The position numbers were made by a program, and so were the translations under genes. DNA of 43,461 nt from a virus (lineage: Duplodnaviria; Caudoviricetes), in IMG/VR virus record IMGVR_UViG_3300037424_003018, positions 1-43,461 of that record. One strand, 5' to 3'. Of the stretch, positions 25,708 through 35,535 are shown piece by piece. Position 1 is the stretch's first letter, and each line of letters begins with the position of its first letter. A model generated the notes under the pieces. That model was given only the letters and a program-made list of their open reading frames with translations. It was not told where the DNA came from and did no database searches.

Positions 25708-26960
25708 AGTGTATTGCCATTTTGTTATTGCTTCTTTCCGCAGCGGTGCTGGCCATTCCCGGCGACCTGAATGCGGACGGCACTGTATCGCTTCCAGACC
25801 TGGTTCTGTTTGCCGACAGCTGGCTGACCGATGACGGCGGGGATTTAGACGGCGATAACGATACGGACTTTGCGGATTTTTCGATTTTGGCGGCAAACTG
25901 GACGGGAGATCCGAATGCGCCAACTGCAACGCCATGCACATCAAGTCCGGTATCGTATATCTGGCAAACAATCACGCTGACTGCGACGGATGACGGCGCT
26001 CCTAATCCACCGTCCAGGCTCAAGTATATCATATCAACCTTGCCCGCTGTCGGCCTGCTCTATGACCCAAAGTCTGGGGCCGGCAAAATTGATAAAGTCC
26101 CGTACAGCTTATCAAGCTGGGGAACAGATGTACTGTACATCACCGACACGGCCGGCAATAGCTCTTTTGGTTTCAAAGCAACCGATAGCGGGGTATCACC
26201 AACGGGCGGACAATCGTCCGAAGCGACGGTATCAATCACCACGGCTGCCAATCCTTTGGATTGCCTATCGTTCGATGGCAAAGGCTCTGTGTCCATCCCG
26301 GACGGTACATACCTTGACGTGGTGGACGGATGGGCGATTGACTTCTGGATAAAGACCCGGCAGCCTTACTCAACGATCATAAAAAAGCGTTCGGCCGGGG
26401 CTGGGTATGAAATCAAGCTCGTTGCTGGGCGGCCCTACATAGAACTCTATACGGCAGCGAGCAAGGTGGGAACCTTATCCGGGTTTGTTCGCATCGATGA
26501 CGACGCATGGCACGATGTGGCATTCACGGTCTACAGCATCACCGGCGGCTCATGGCGAATCTTGTATGAACAAGGTGCCGGCCTGGATATTGCCGAAGTG
26601 GATATCGCCGGGGCTGTGCCGGACATGTCGAATGCCGAACCTGTCTTGATTGGCAATACCTATAAGGGCCAGTTTGACAGGCTTCGATATTTCAGCGGCC
26701 TGGATGAAAGCAAAGTGGGAACTATGGCCGGGATTATTCAAGGGCTGTTCGGCCGCACGGAATTAGGCGAACAAGTCCTTGGGTTTGGCTATCTGTCCAG
26801 TTTGTTTTGGATGTGCGACGAGCATTCCGGTACCACGATTACCGATGGCAAGACAAGCAAGGTCGGTACATTTAGTAGTGCGGACCATGTCCAGTGGCAT
26901 CCTTGGATTGTGCCGTTTGTGGATGTAACTGTGCAGGGGTATTCAGGGGGTGGACGGTGA
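25701..26960 (+). CDS. Signal peptide, double dockerin-like motif, Ig-like and LamG-like domain protein
   Basis: IAILLLLLSAAVLA; GDLNADGTVSLPDL...WL, GDLDGDNDTDFADF; ITLTATDD..YII..LP..G.L; LSFDG, IDFWIK, DDDAWHDVAF. Confidence 0.82.
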   Translation: MVKCIAILLLLLSAAVLAIPGDLNADGTVSLPDLVLFADSWLTDDGGDLDGDNDTDFADFSILAANWTGDPNAPTATPCTSSPVSYIWQTITLTATDDGAPNPPSRLKYIISTLPAVGLLYDPKSGAGKIDKVPYSLSSWGTDVLYITDTAGNSSFGFKATDSGVSPTGGQSSEATVSITTAANPLDCLSFDGKGSVSIPDGTYLDVVDGWAIDFWIKTRQPYSTIIKKRSAGAGYEIKLVAGRPYIELYTAASKVGTLSGFVRIDDDAWHDVAFTVYSITGGSWRILYEQGAGLDIAEVDIAGAVPDMSNAEPVLIGNTYKGQFDRLRYFSGLDESKVGTMAGIIQGLFGRTELGEQVLGFGYLSSLFWMCDEHSGTTITDGKTSKVGTFSSADHVQWHPWIVPFVDVTVQGYSGGGR

Positions 26961-27517
26961 GATTCTTAAAGAAAAGCACGGCGGTTACTATAGTCATCGG
27001 CCCACTTAGAGATTGGGCAGATGGCAAAACACTGCTGATTGATAACGACACATTTGACCCGGCAAATCTGCATTGTGAATTGATTAAAGGTTCAACCAGC
27101 AGTGCTCTGACACTGGCAAAAACTGGCGTTGATAACAATATCAATCTGACCGGCTATGGCATGGCCACATTGACATTAACGGCGACTGATACGGCTACAG
27201 CCGGGCAATTGAGAATCGGCATTATCAATGCAGTGGTTGATGAATATTCGACGGATTACATTTTACCAATCGTAGAAGACTTTACGATTCTGCACGCCGA
27301 TGCTTATGATGCCCTGATAGCAGGCGACTTATCCGAGACCGATGGAGTGGCAGCCAGCCTGTGGCAAAAGATAAATCAGGTATGGCGGCGGTTCTTTAAG
27401 AAATGCACCTGTAGCGATACGGAATTGAAGACGTTCAAGGATGACGGCACCTCGGTCAACACAACCCAGGCTGTCAGTGATTCAGGCTCAATCGAAACTG
27501 TGGGGGCTGCATCGTGA
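26957..27517 (+). CDS. Putative virion protein
   Basis: GTG start; FLKKSTAVTIVIGP..D..DG; LTATDTATAGQL. Confidence 0.75.
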   Translation: MRFLKKSTAVTIVIGPLRDWADGKTLLIDNDTFDPANLHCELIKGSTSSALTLAKTGVDNNINLTGYGMATLTLTATDTATAGQLRIGIINAVVDEYSTDYILPIVEDFTILHADAYDALIAGDLSETDGVAASLWQKINQVWRRFFKKCTCSDTELKTFKDDGTSVNTTQAVSDSGSIETVGAAS

Positions 27518-27981
27518 TAAGTATACTCCAGAAACGCAAATCCATTCTGGCAACGCCGTTTACCAGCGACAAAAAAGGTGTTCAGATGTGCTGTACGGTT
27601 GCAATAATCGCCCTGATAAATCCGGGCATTGCCGCCATGCCCCAGATAACAGCCAAGACCAGTGTATTCCAGGAAACACTTTTGCCATCAAACAAGAACT
27701 GGCTGGAATGCGACGTAGTCCGAGAGAGCCTTTTGCATGGCGTCACATCCAGGAAGCCGCAACTGTCTTGCACAATATCAGCAGGCCCACTTCTGGACGG
27801 CAGCAGCAGTAGACAATCTTTGCTGATGTGCGAAACGTCAACCAGCGAACTGCTCGGAATGACTCTTGATATAAAGCCTCAATTAGATGCCGATTCATCC
27901 ATCGAACCATTGGTGTCAGCAGAGGCAACTATAAAGCCACAACTATCGGCCGTAATCACACGGCCCAGATGCGAGGAATAA
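27514..27981 (+). CDS. Protein with 10-residue periodic repeats (fibre-like)
   Basis: RKPQLSCTIS / IKPQLDADSS / IKPQLSAVIT and similar units. Confidence 0.65.
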   Translation: MISILQKRKSILATPFTSDKKGVQMCCTVAIIALINPGIAAMPQITAKTSVFQETLLPSNKNWLECDVVRESLLHGVTSRKPQLSCTISAGPLLDGSSSRQSLLMCETSTSELLGMTLDIKPQLDADSSIEPLVSAEATIKPQLSAVITRPRCEE

Positions 27982-27984
27982 ATC

Positions 27985-29112
27985 ATGGCTCAGGACGTAC
28001 TGTTTCTTTTTCTCAAATCGGATAACCTAATAAAGGTTGAAAACCTTGTTAAGAAGTCTTTTGCTGATGACTTGGTTATCAATGATGCCACGGCGACAAT
28101 GAGCCTGTACAAAGGCACGCAAAAGCTATTAACGGCAAACGATACCACGCAAGGCGATCCTGTCTTGATTGCCGCCGGTGACGTAGTTAACAAGGGCAGT
28201 GGAAAGGTGGGCGTTACAGTTGTAGGCAATCCTTTTGTGGCCGGCGACTTGGTTCTTTTGGCAGGCACAACAGCGTATGATGGAGAAAAGACGTTGACTG
28301 CCGTAACAGCTTCACCGGCCGTCCAGGAAGTCCAGAAGATTCACCCGAATGCCGTGGCGACTGGCGGAACATACAGCCTGTATTATAATGGCGAAATGAC
28401 ATCCGCCCTTGCATATAATGCCAGTACCGCAACGGTTAAGTCTGCACTTGAAGCATTGACAACAATAGGGGCCGGGGGTATTGCGAGTGTTTATGGAGAC
28501 CCGTTAAGCGTTGGCGATTTAAATGTTACATTTGCTGCATCATTCCAAGATGCCGCCATGCTGACAATCAACATTGCTTCTCTCACTGGTGTATCATCCT
28601 GTGCCATAACACAGGAAACCCAGGGACAGCCAGCAGGCGTAACATCCGAAATCGTATTTGCCAGCCTATACACTGCTGAGACTTTCGCTGGAACAGAAAC
28701 TGTGCAGAACATCTATCATGGAGCGGTGGACCGTGGAAGCGGACTGGTTGGTATTCCAGTTGATAATCATGGATTGAAGGCGGGCGACACTGTCCGGATT
28801 TGGGGCACAAAGAATTATAATGGAGTTTATGAAGTTGATTCTGTCACAGCCAATGAAATACAGATTACCGAAACCTACGTGGCAGAGAATTTTGATGGCA
28901 CTGAATATCTTTTTGAGGCTGTCCCAGGGGCTGTTGATTTGTCATTAACGGCAGAGGGTACGGGCGGGAACTATTCTGGCGTTATCCCAGAGACAGCAGA
29001 GATGACGCCAGATGCAACTTATTATCTCGAAATCTCAATCAATAAAACAACAAGTGACCTGCTGGTCAGACATACGTGTAAAGCGGTATATTTTCCACGA
29101 GAGGAAATCTAA
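27985..29112 (+). CDS. Multidomain putative virion appendage protein
   Basis: SDNLI...INDAT Ig-like frame; two FCCH-like repeats; EVQ..TGGT..ALAYNAS..VKSALEAL module. Confidence 0.8.
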   Translation: MAQDVLFLFLKSDNLIKVENLVKKSFADDLVINDATATMSLYKGTQKLLTANDTTQGDPVLIAAGDVVNKGSGKVGVTVVGNPFVAGDLVLLAGTTAYDGEKTLTAVTASPAVQEVQKIHPNAVATGGTYSLYYNGEMTSALAYNASTATVKSALEALTTIGAGGIASVYGDPLSVGDLNVTFAASFQDAAMLTINIASLTGVSSCAITQETQGQPAGVTSEIVFASLYTAETFAGTETVQNIYHGAVDRGSGLVGIPVDNHGLKAGDTVRIWGTKNYNGVYEVDSVTANEIQITETYVAENFDGTEYLFEAVPGAVDLSLTAEGTGGNYSGVIPETAEMTPDATYYLEISINKTTSDLLVRHTCKAVYFPREEI

Positions 29113-29113
29113 C

Positions 29114-29443
29114 ATGATTGATGGAGTATTGCCAAAGGCGGTTTTTTTGGTATCTGGGGTCGGCGCTTTTCTGGGTTCGGCAGATATACCAATCCTAAAA
29201 GACATCTCGACCATATTACAGTTCGGGGCGTTCGGGCTTTGTGCACTGATGATGTATGGAGTTCGGGAACTTATCCAGATACACCGAGCGGAGCGGGCAG
29301 AGCTTGTAAAGTCGCTCGAAAAGAAGGAACATGAAAAAGAAGCTTTGGCCGAAAAGATTTCAAAGGCCATGAATAACATCGCCGAGGCTCTAAAAGACCA
29401 TAAGTGCGTTGCCGGGGACTCACGAATAAAAGTAGACCAGTAA
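29114..29443 (+). CDS. Holin-like membrane protein
   Basis: ILQFGAFGLCALMMYGV TM segment followed by coiled coil; GAGG RBS. Confidence 0.55.
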   Translation: MIDGVLPKAVFLVSGVGAFLGSADIPILKDISTILQFGAFGLCALMMYGVRELIQIHRAERAELVKSLEKKEHEKEALAEKISKAMNNIAEALKDHKCVAGDSRIKVDQ

Positions 29444-30844
29444 ATGAGCGAAATCATTGTCGAAGCAGAGGGCGTTATAACACCATTCCCAGGTGGACAA
29501 GAACAGTTTGCCAATGATTGGTCTCATTTCATTCTGGGGCTTGAAGGTGGTTGGATGTCCGGCAAGACGACGATGGGCGGAGCCAAGCTTGCCACGCTTC
29601 ACATCTACAATTCGTGCGACAATGAAGGCGCTCCTACCTATGTGCCGTCAATTGTTGTTGCTCCTACATTCTCGAACGCGACTGACTTTGATGTGCCGGT
29701 TCTTTTGGATGTATTCAAGAAGGCCGGATTGTCCACGGTCTGGAAAGGCAGCGGAACAATTGGCGGCGGCAAGCTGTCAGGCCCGGCGATTATCCTGCCC
29801 GACCTGGGAACTCGGCACAATCCATCGGCCATCCTGGTTCGTACAGCAGACAATCCGAAACGCATCACCGGCTTTGAAGTGGGAGCGGCCTGGGGCGATG
29901 AAGCCGGACGATGGAAGCATGACCCACACAATCCGCTGGGCAATCCGATCATGCAGTTGCTCGGTCGCATAAGACACCCGGCAGCCAGATTGTTGATGTG
30001 TCTGTTTACTTATACCAACGAAGGTGACGCCACAGGCATCTTTGAACTGATGCACGGCGGCAAAGAAGAGTGCAGGCTCTACCGGGCATCATCCAGAGAG
30101 AACCCGTTGGCTAAAGAGTTCGTAGCCAGGCAGATACGATTTCTGACGGCCGAACTTGCCAAGCAGTACATCGATGGCGGAGCTGCATCATTGAGAGGCG
30201 GAAAAGTCTATGGCTCGTTTGAGGACGCGGTCCATGTATCTTCATCGGCCAAAATGAACCCAGACAGGCCGCCACAGGTCAGCCTTGACTTCAATATCAT
30301 GCCTGGGATGCACGCTGAAATCGGTCAGCACCATGAAGATGCCGACTTGTTTACTGTATGCCATGAAATCCACGGCCCGCGGATGACAACCAAAGAAACG
30401 GCACAGAAGGTTGTCGAATACTTCAAAGAGGCAAAGTGGGATTTCAACAAAACCGGGCCGCTTGAAGTATTTGGCGATGCGACAGGTACCGGCGAATGGT
30501 CTGGAACGGGTCAGAGCAATTACGACATAATCAAAGAGGTATTCGAGGTTGCGAAGTTGCCCTATAGATTGAGACTCACGGCGGCAAACCCGCTTGTTGT
30601 GGACCGCATAAATGCGATGAACATAGCAATGAAGGACGCTTGCGGTGGCGTGCACTATAAAGTCAATCCGTCCTGTATTCGACTGATTGAGGATTTACGT
30701 AAGCTCATGCTGAATCAGTATGGAGAGATTGACAAAAAGGACATGCGATACAGCCATCCATCGGACGCAGATGGATATCGGGTTCATTATTTGCGGCCAA
30801 TCCGCAGACAGATAATAACGACTGGCGGCCAATTCAGTGTATAG
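29444..30844 (+). CDS. terL: Terminase large subunit
   Basis: GGWMSGKT, VVAPT, WGDEA, SLDFN, FGDATG, NPLVVDRIN, SHPSDADGY. Confidence 0.93.
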   Translation: MSEIIVEAEGVITPFPGGQEQFANDWSHFILGLEGGWMSGKTTMGGAKLATLHIYNSCDNEGAPTYVPSIVVAPTFSNATDFDVPVLLDVFKKAGLSTVWKGSGTIGGGKLSGPAIILPDLGTRHNPSAILVRTADNPKRITGFEVGAAWGDEAGRWKHDPHNPLGNPIMQLLGRIRHPAARLLMCLFTYTNEGDATGIFELMHGGKEECRLYRASSRENPLAKEFVARQIRFLTAELAKQYIDGGAASLRGGKVYGSFEDAVHVSSSAKMNPDRPPQVSLDFNIMPGMHAEIGQHHEDADLFTVCHEIHGPRMTTKETAQKVVEYFKEAKWDFNKTGPLEVFGDATGTGEWSGTGQSNYDIIKEVFEVAKLPYRLRLTAANPLVVDRINAMNIAMKDACGGVHYKVNPSCIRLIEDLRKLMLNQYGEIDKKDMRYSHPSDADGYRVHYLRPIRRQIITTGGQFSV

Positions 30845-30889
30845 CAATCCATTTTGAGATAACAGATACTATCCTGTGAGGTGATAACT

Positions 30890-32245
30890 ATGGCAAAACA
30901 AAAAGAGAAAATCGAAAAACCAGAAATAGGCGAAATCACGAAAAATCAAACAGGCGGTGGAGTCTGTTCGATATCGCAATTCCCAATGACAGAAATATCA
31001 ACGGGAACATTCGAGACTTACCGCAGAATGAGAGGCAATCCCACAGTTGCCCTTGCCCGCATGGTTGCCACGGCTCCGATACGCACGGCCAGTTGGTCGG
31101 TAGAGGTCCAAGACGGATCCAGTGATGATATGGTTGCTCTGGTGCAAGACAACCTGCAAAGGCTATGGCCTCAGTTCATCAAGGATGTTTTGTTCTCTCT
31201 GGATTATGGGTTTTCTCCATTTGAAAAAGTGTGGATTGTCCAGGATAGCAAGCTAGTTTACAAGAAGCTGAAACCGCTGCTGGTGGATAAAACAAAAATC
31301 CTTGTTGATGCCTATGGCAGCTTTTCCGGATTTCGGCAAGACGCTCTGGACCTGGAACCGGAGAAATGTTTTCTCTTTACGCATGATGGAGAAGCTGGCG
31401 ATCTGTACGGCAGGTCCAGACACGAGAACATCCGGAAAGATGCCTGGATGCCCTGGATTGATACCGCCGAAAAGAGGAAGGCTTACGTCAAAAAAGTTTC
31501 CGGCACAATCCCCATGATTGAATATCCAGAGGGTGTTTCTAAAGATGGAACTGGGCAGGACCTGAGTAATTTTGAAATTGCCAAAAAGATACTGTCAAGT
31601 TTGGGTACCGGTGATGGCGTTGCCATGCCGAACGTCTTCGCTAAATATGCAGGGGATTTATCCAAGGCGGGCATTGACATTAACCAGCTTAAAGCGTGGC
31701 AGATTTCATTTCTCGAAACAAAAGGTTCACATGCAAGCGGCATGACCGAGATTATGCGGCATTGCGAAAGCCTGATTATGCGTGGATGGCTGGTACCAGA
31801 ACGAACGGCAATCGAAGGGCAATATGGAACAAAGGCAGAATCGGGGGAACATGCTGAAATAGCCTTACTCCTTGCCGATCTGCTGCTGCAAGATATTATT
31901 TCAGCGGTCAATGAGAACCTTGTAAATCCGCTCTTGTATTTAAATTGGGGGGAAAATGCGACGGGTCTGGTCTATGTCAAGAAAAGCGGACTGGCTCCAG
32001 AATTAAAACTGTTTTTCAGGGACATCATCAAGACCGTTCTCACAAACCCGGCCAATGTGGATTTATTCCTGGGCATGGTTGACATCGATGCTCTGCTGGA
32101 CAATACCGAGATACCAAAAGCGGTTGAAGTGGTTGACGCGAACAATATTGAGCAAACGCAAAAGCCGGACAATCAGCAAGGCGATGCTTTATCGCGTGCT
32201 GTCAGTCGAATCTACAAGGGCATATATACCGCCCGGGGGGCATAA
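30890..32245 (+). CDS. Portal protein (DUF935 / Mu gp29-like)
   Basis: LDYGFSPFEKVW, LYGRS, AESGEH, VNENLVNPLLYLNWG. Confidence 0.87.
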   Translation: MAKQKEKIEKPEIGEITKNQTGGGVCSISQFPMTEISTGTFETYRRMRGNPTVALARMVATAPIRTASWSVEVQDGSSDDMVALVQDNLQRLWPQFIKDVLFSLDYGFSPFEKVWIVQDSKLVYKKLKPLLVDKTKILVDAYGSFSGFRQDALDLEPEKCFLFTHDGEAGDLYGRSRHENIRKDAWMPWIDTAEKRKAYVKKVSGTIPMIEYPEGVSKDGTGQDLSNFEIAKKILSSLGTGDGVAMPNVFAKYAGDLSKAGIDINQLKAWQISFLETKGSHASGMTEIMRHCESLIMRGWLVPERTAIEGQYGTKAESGEHAEIALLLADLLLQDIISAVNENLVNPLLYLNWGENATGLVYVKKSGLAPELKLFFRDIIKTVLTNPANVDLFLGMVDIDALLDNTEIPKAVEVVDANNIEQTQKPDNQQGDALSRAVSRIYKGIYTARGA

Positions 32246-32246
32246 C

Positions 32247-32606
32247 ATGGCAAAGGCATTACCGGTATACGATGATGCTGACAAAATACGAGGGTACATG
32301 ATTATGTGCCCTGCGTGCGGGAACGGGCACGAATTTTATACAAACCGTGAAGGCCGCCCAAAGTGGACTTTTGACGGCAATGTCGAAAAGCCGACATTTA
32401 GCCCATCGATGCTTGTGCGAAGTCAAAAGTATCCGAGCGGGAACGTATGGCCAACCGACGAAGAGCATAAGCGAATGATGACTGGTGAACAATTGCCGAT
32501 GACTCCAACTGTGTGCCATTCGTTCGTAAGCGAAGGAAAGATTCAATTCCTCTCTGACTGTACGCACGCGATGGCTGGCCAGACTGTAGAGCTTCCGGAG
32601 TTTTAA
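32247..32606 (+). CDS. DUF6527-like zinc protein
   Basis: CPACG..H, WTFDGNVEKPTFSPSML, CHSFV.EG.IQFLSDCTHAMAGQTV.LP. Confidence 0.82.
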   Translation: MAKALPVYDDADKIRGYMIMCPACGNGHEFYTNREGRPKWTFDGNVEKPTFSPSMLVRSQKYPSGNVWPTDEEHKRMMTGEQLPMTPTVCHSFVSEGKIQFLSDCTHAMAGQTVELPEF

Positions 32607-33508
32607 TGTTGCTCAGTCCTGCACAATTGCAAAAACTCCGCAGAGAAAAAGACACTCTCGAAACCGCTGCATTTCGGCAGGCCCGCCGTATTGCCAATAC
32701 CACACTGGCAAAAACCATCCAGACCTATCGCCGGGGGTTTGATATTACCGACGTGCTGACAACCAGCCTTGACCAGGTACGGCCGCTGATTGTTGATGCT
32801 ATGGTAGCAGCAGACCTCATGGGTAAACACCGAAGCCTTCTGGTTGCCGGCCAGGAACTGGGCAAAGATAAAAAAGCGTTCGGCCCGTATGACTGGGCAC
32901 AGCGATTTGTCAAAGGTCGATTGAAGCTGACCGAGAACCAGCTTAACATCATCGGCGATAAGTATGGTCCCATTGCCAGTCAAGTCACATCCCGCATGTC
33001 CGATCACGCGGAGCAGGCGGCTAAGAAGGCGATAGAACAAATCGTATCCAAGGGGATGCACATCCAAGAGGGCACGGCCTATTTGCGTAATGCCATGATG
33101 AATGTCGGTATCCAGGGGAATCAGCCGTGGCTATTCGAGACACTGGTTCGCACACAGATCCACGTTGCCTATGGTGCCGGTCGTTGGAACGCTTGCCAGG
33201 ACCCGGACATTCAAGAGATCCTCTGGGGTTTTGAATATGTCTGCATCGATGATGACAGAGTAAGGGCAACACATAAAGCTCTCGACGGTACCAAGCTGCC
33301 AAAGGACGATTACCGATGGCGTGAGATATGGCCGCCGAATGGGTACAATTGCCGGTGTGAAGTGATTGAGATATTCGAACAGGTACAGGCGATCGAGCCG
33401 CCAACATCCATTGAGCAAGATGGCGAATCAATTCAGGTCAAGCCGGATACAGGCTGGAATATCAATTTTGGCACGATATACCCGGACAGTCCGTTAGTCG
33501 CGGCATAA
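32606..33508 (+). CDS. Head morphogenesis protein (Mu F / SPP1 gp7-like)
   Basis: ETLVRTQ...AY..GR, DDRVRATH..LDG, PPNGYNCRC. Confidence 0.93.
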   Translation: MLLSPAQLQKLRREKDTLETAAFRQARRIANTTLAKTIQTYRRGFDITDVLTTSLDQVRPLIVDAMVAADLMGKHRSLLVAGQELGKDKKAFGPYDWAQRFVKGRLKLTENQLNIIGDKYGPIASQVTSRMSDHAEQAAKKAIEQIVSKGMHIQEGTAYLRNAMMNVGIQGNQPWLFETLVRTQIHVAYGAGRWNACQDPDIQEILWGFEYVCIDDDRVRATHKALDGTKLPKDDYRWREIWPPNGYNCRCEVIEIFEQVQAIEPPTSIEQDGESIQVKPDTGWNINFGTIYPDSPLVAA

Positions 33509-33563
33509 TTTCTAAAATTATTTTAAGCATTCCATTTGGGGTAACTGTAATTTGAAGTTTGTT

Positions 33564-34715
33564 ATGGATAAAACAAAAACGAAATTTCAGTTCAGCATTG
33601 CACCGGTAATTGGGGGGATTGTAGCTCTCAGTTCCAATCTTTCCGCATTTGAACCCATCGGCGATGCTGTTGATGCCAATGGCAAAAAGACCCAGAAATT
33701 CCGCAAGGAAATGCTTTCTGTCGGGCATTACATTCATCCAGTCTGGGGCTGGCATCTGGATATCACAGCAGACCGCCTGCATCGATTCGCTGCCACATTC
33801 AATCAGATGAAGGCCAATGGCGTTGCCGTGGAAGTCCCGGTTGACCATAGCTTATCGGCTGAAGACAACTACGGATATGTGGTTGACATGGTTGTAGAGA
33901 AAAACAAATCCGGCGTTCTTGCCCTGTACGGTATCCATGAAATGGCCGGCGACAAGGGAATTGACCTTGTTCATCGAAACAAGGGCGTGAGCGTTTTGAT
34001 TGAGAAGGATTTCAAGGACGGCAAAGGCAATGCTTATGGTGAAGCGATTACCCATAGCAGCATTGTACAGCAGCCGGTAGTACCTGGACAGGAAGACTTC
34101 GAAGCAGTAGCTGCTTCGATAGCAAACAAAACAAATATACCGATTTTATTTATGAGTGGAAAGGATAGCACAATGGATGAACTGTTGAAAAAGCTTCGTG
34201 AGTTCCTCGGAGCGGATGACACTTTGACGGCTGAAAATGCCATGAGCCGTATTCAAAGCCACATCGATGGCATCAAGACCCAGAAGGACGAACTGCAAAA
34301 GCGGGTCGGCGATCTGGAAGGTGAAGTAACTGGCCTCAAAGCCAAGGCCGCCAGCACGGTATCGGTTGACCCGAACCTTGCCGAGCAGATGGGCGTCACT
34401 GCCGAACAGCAGCTTGACCTATTGGTACAGACCGGCAAGATCACACCGGCCGTCAAGGGCAAACTGGCCGCCAGCCTGGTCGGCGTTGCCGGAAGCCGTA
34501 ACGTGATGGCCATGAGCATTCAGACTGGCGGAAAACCGTCCATGCTCAGCATCATCGTTGAAGCACTCAAGGACAATGACCCTGTGAAGCTTGGCGAACA
34601 GACCAAATTGCAGGCCCTCAGCCGCGTGACACCGGATGCCGATCAGAGCCAAGAGGTTGATGCCGAATCTCTGAAAATGCTATTAAGCTGTGCCGGCGTT
34701 GAGATTAAGAAGTAA
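33564..34715 (+). CDS. Prohead protease/scaffold (Mu I/Z-like)
   Basis: VPVDH, YGYVVD, VSVLI, QQPVVPGQEDF; internal ATG at 34173 with AAGGA. Confidence 0.8.
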   Translation: MDKTKTKFQFSIAPVIGGIVALSSNLSAFEPIGDAVDANGKKTQKFRKEMLSVGHYIHPVWGWHLDITADRLHRFAATFNQMKANGVAVEVPVDHSLSAEDNYGYVVDMVVEKNKSGVLALYGIHEMAGDKGIDLVHRNKGVSVLIEKDFKDGKGNAYGEAITHSSIVQQPVVPGQEDFEAVAASIANKTNIPILFMSGKDSTMDELLKKLREFLGADDTLTAENAMSRIQSHIDGIKTQKDELQKRVGDLEGEVTGLKAKAASTVSVDPNLAEQMGVTAEQQLDLLVQTGKITPAVKGKLAASLVGVAGSRNVMAMSIQTGGKPSMLSIIVEALKDNDPVKLGEQTKLQALSRVTPDADQSQEVDAESLKMLLSCAGVEIKK

Positions 34716-34780
34716 TTTTTAATCTCTGAAATCTGTCTTTTAAAAAACAACAAAACAGTTTTTGAATAGGAGTATATAAC

Positions 34781-35467
34781 ATGAACGGTTTACCTGGAGT
34801 AAGAACAGCCCGGACGGCAACTCCGAGAAAAATTCTTGCCTCGATGGCAGGTCTCTTGTTGTTGCCAGGCGGTAAAATCATCGACGGTGCAAAGTCGAGA
34901 GACTCAAATAACACCGGCGACCTGGACGTGTTGATGGCGGGATTGTTGATGGGCAAAGTCACCGCCAGCGGTAAATATGCCCCGTCCATCCTTGGTGTGG
35001 TTGCATCCGCATACACCAGTGGTGGAACAACACTAACCGTTTCTGCTGCACAAGCGGTGGAAATCGCTCGACGAGTTGGATCGAGCGGAACGGGAACTCT
35101 GATTTGCGTTGGACCGCCTACGGCCAATGGCACTGTGGCCGAAACAGCCGTAACCTTTTCGGCTGTCAACACAACGACCGGTGCAATAACGGTGACAAGC
35201 CTTGGAGTTGACAAAGTTGCTGGCTCGTTTATCTGCACGAATGATGGGAGCATGTATCCCGTCACGTTTATCACCGATGAATATGGCATCAAGACGACCG
35301 ACCAAGATGGGGTTAGCTGTGATGTGCCTTTCGCGGGATTTCCGATTGCTGCTCTGGTTGATGCCAGCCAAATTGGTAACTATCCGTCTGACACATCGAT
35401 TATCGCATGGGTGAAAGCGAAGCTTCGAGCCAAAGGGTACGGTTTCATGTTTGATGACGACTTTTAA
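34781..35467 (+). CDS. Head decoration protein
   Basis: LMAGLLMGKVTASGKYAP...DGS; position before MCP. Confidence 0.8.
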   Translation: MNGLPGVRTARTATPRKILASMAGLLLLPGGKIIDGAKSRDSNNTGDLDVLMAGLLMGKVTASGKYAPSILGVVASAYTSGGTTLTVSAAQAVEIARRVGSSGTGTLICVGPPTANGTVAETAVTFSAVNTTTGAITVTSLGVDKVAGSFICTNDGSMYPVTFITDEYGIKTTDQDGVSCDVPFAGFPIAALVDASQIGNYPSDTSIIAWVKAKLRAKGYGFMFDDDF

Positions 35468-35535
35468 TAGATAGCCGTCAATAACAAACTGTAAAAAAAA
35501 GAAAAAGTAAATCTCTTTTCGAGAGGATAAAGAAA

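Noticed and set aside
29114-29443. Complete lysis cassette
   Set aside because: Only a holin-like gene; no endolysin is recognisable in the window.
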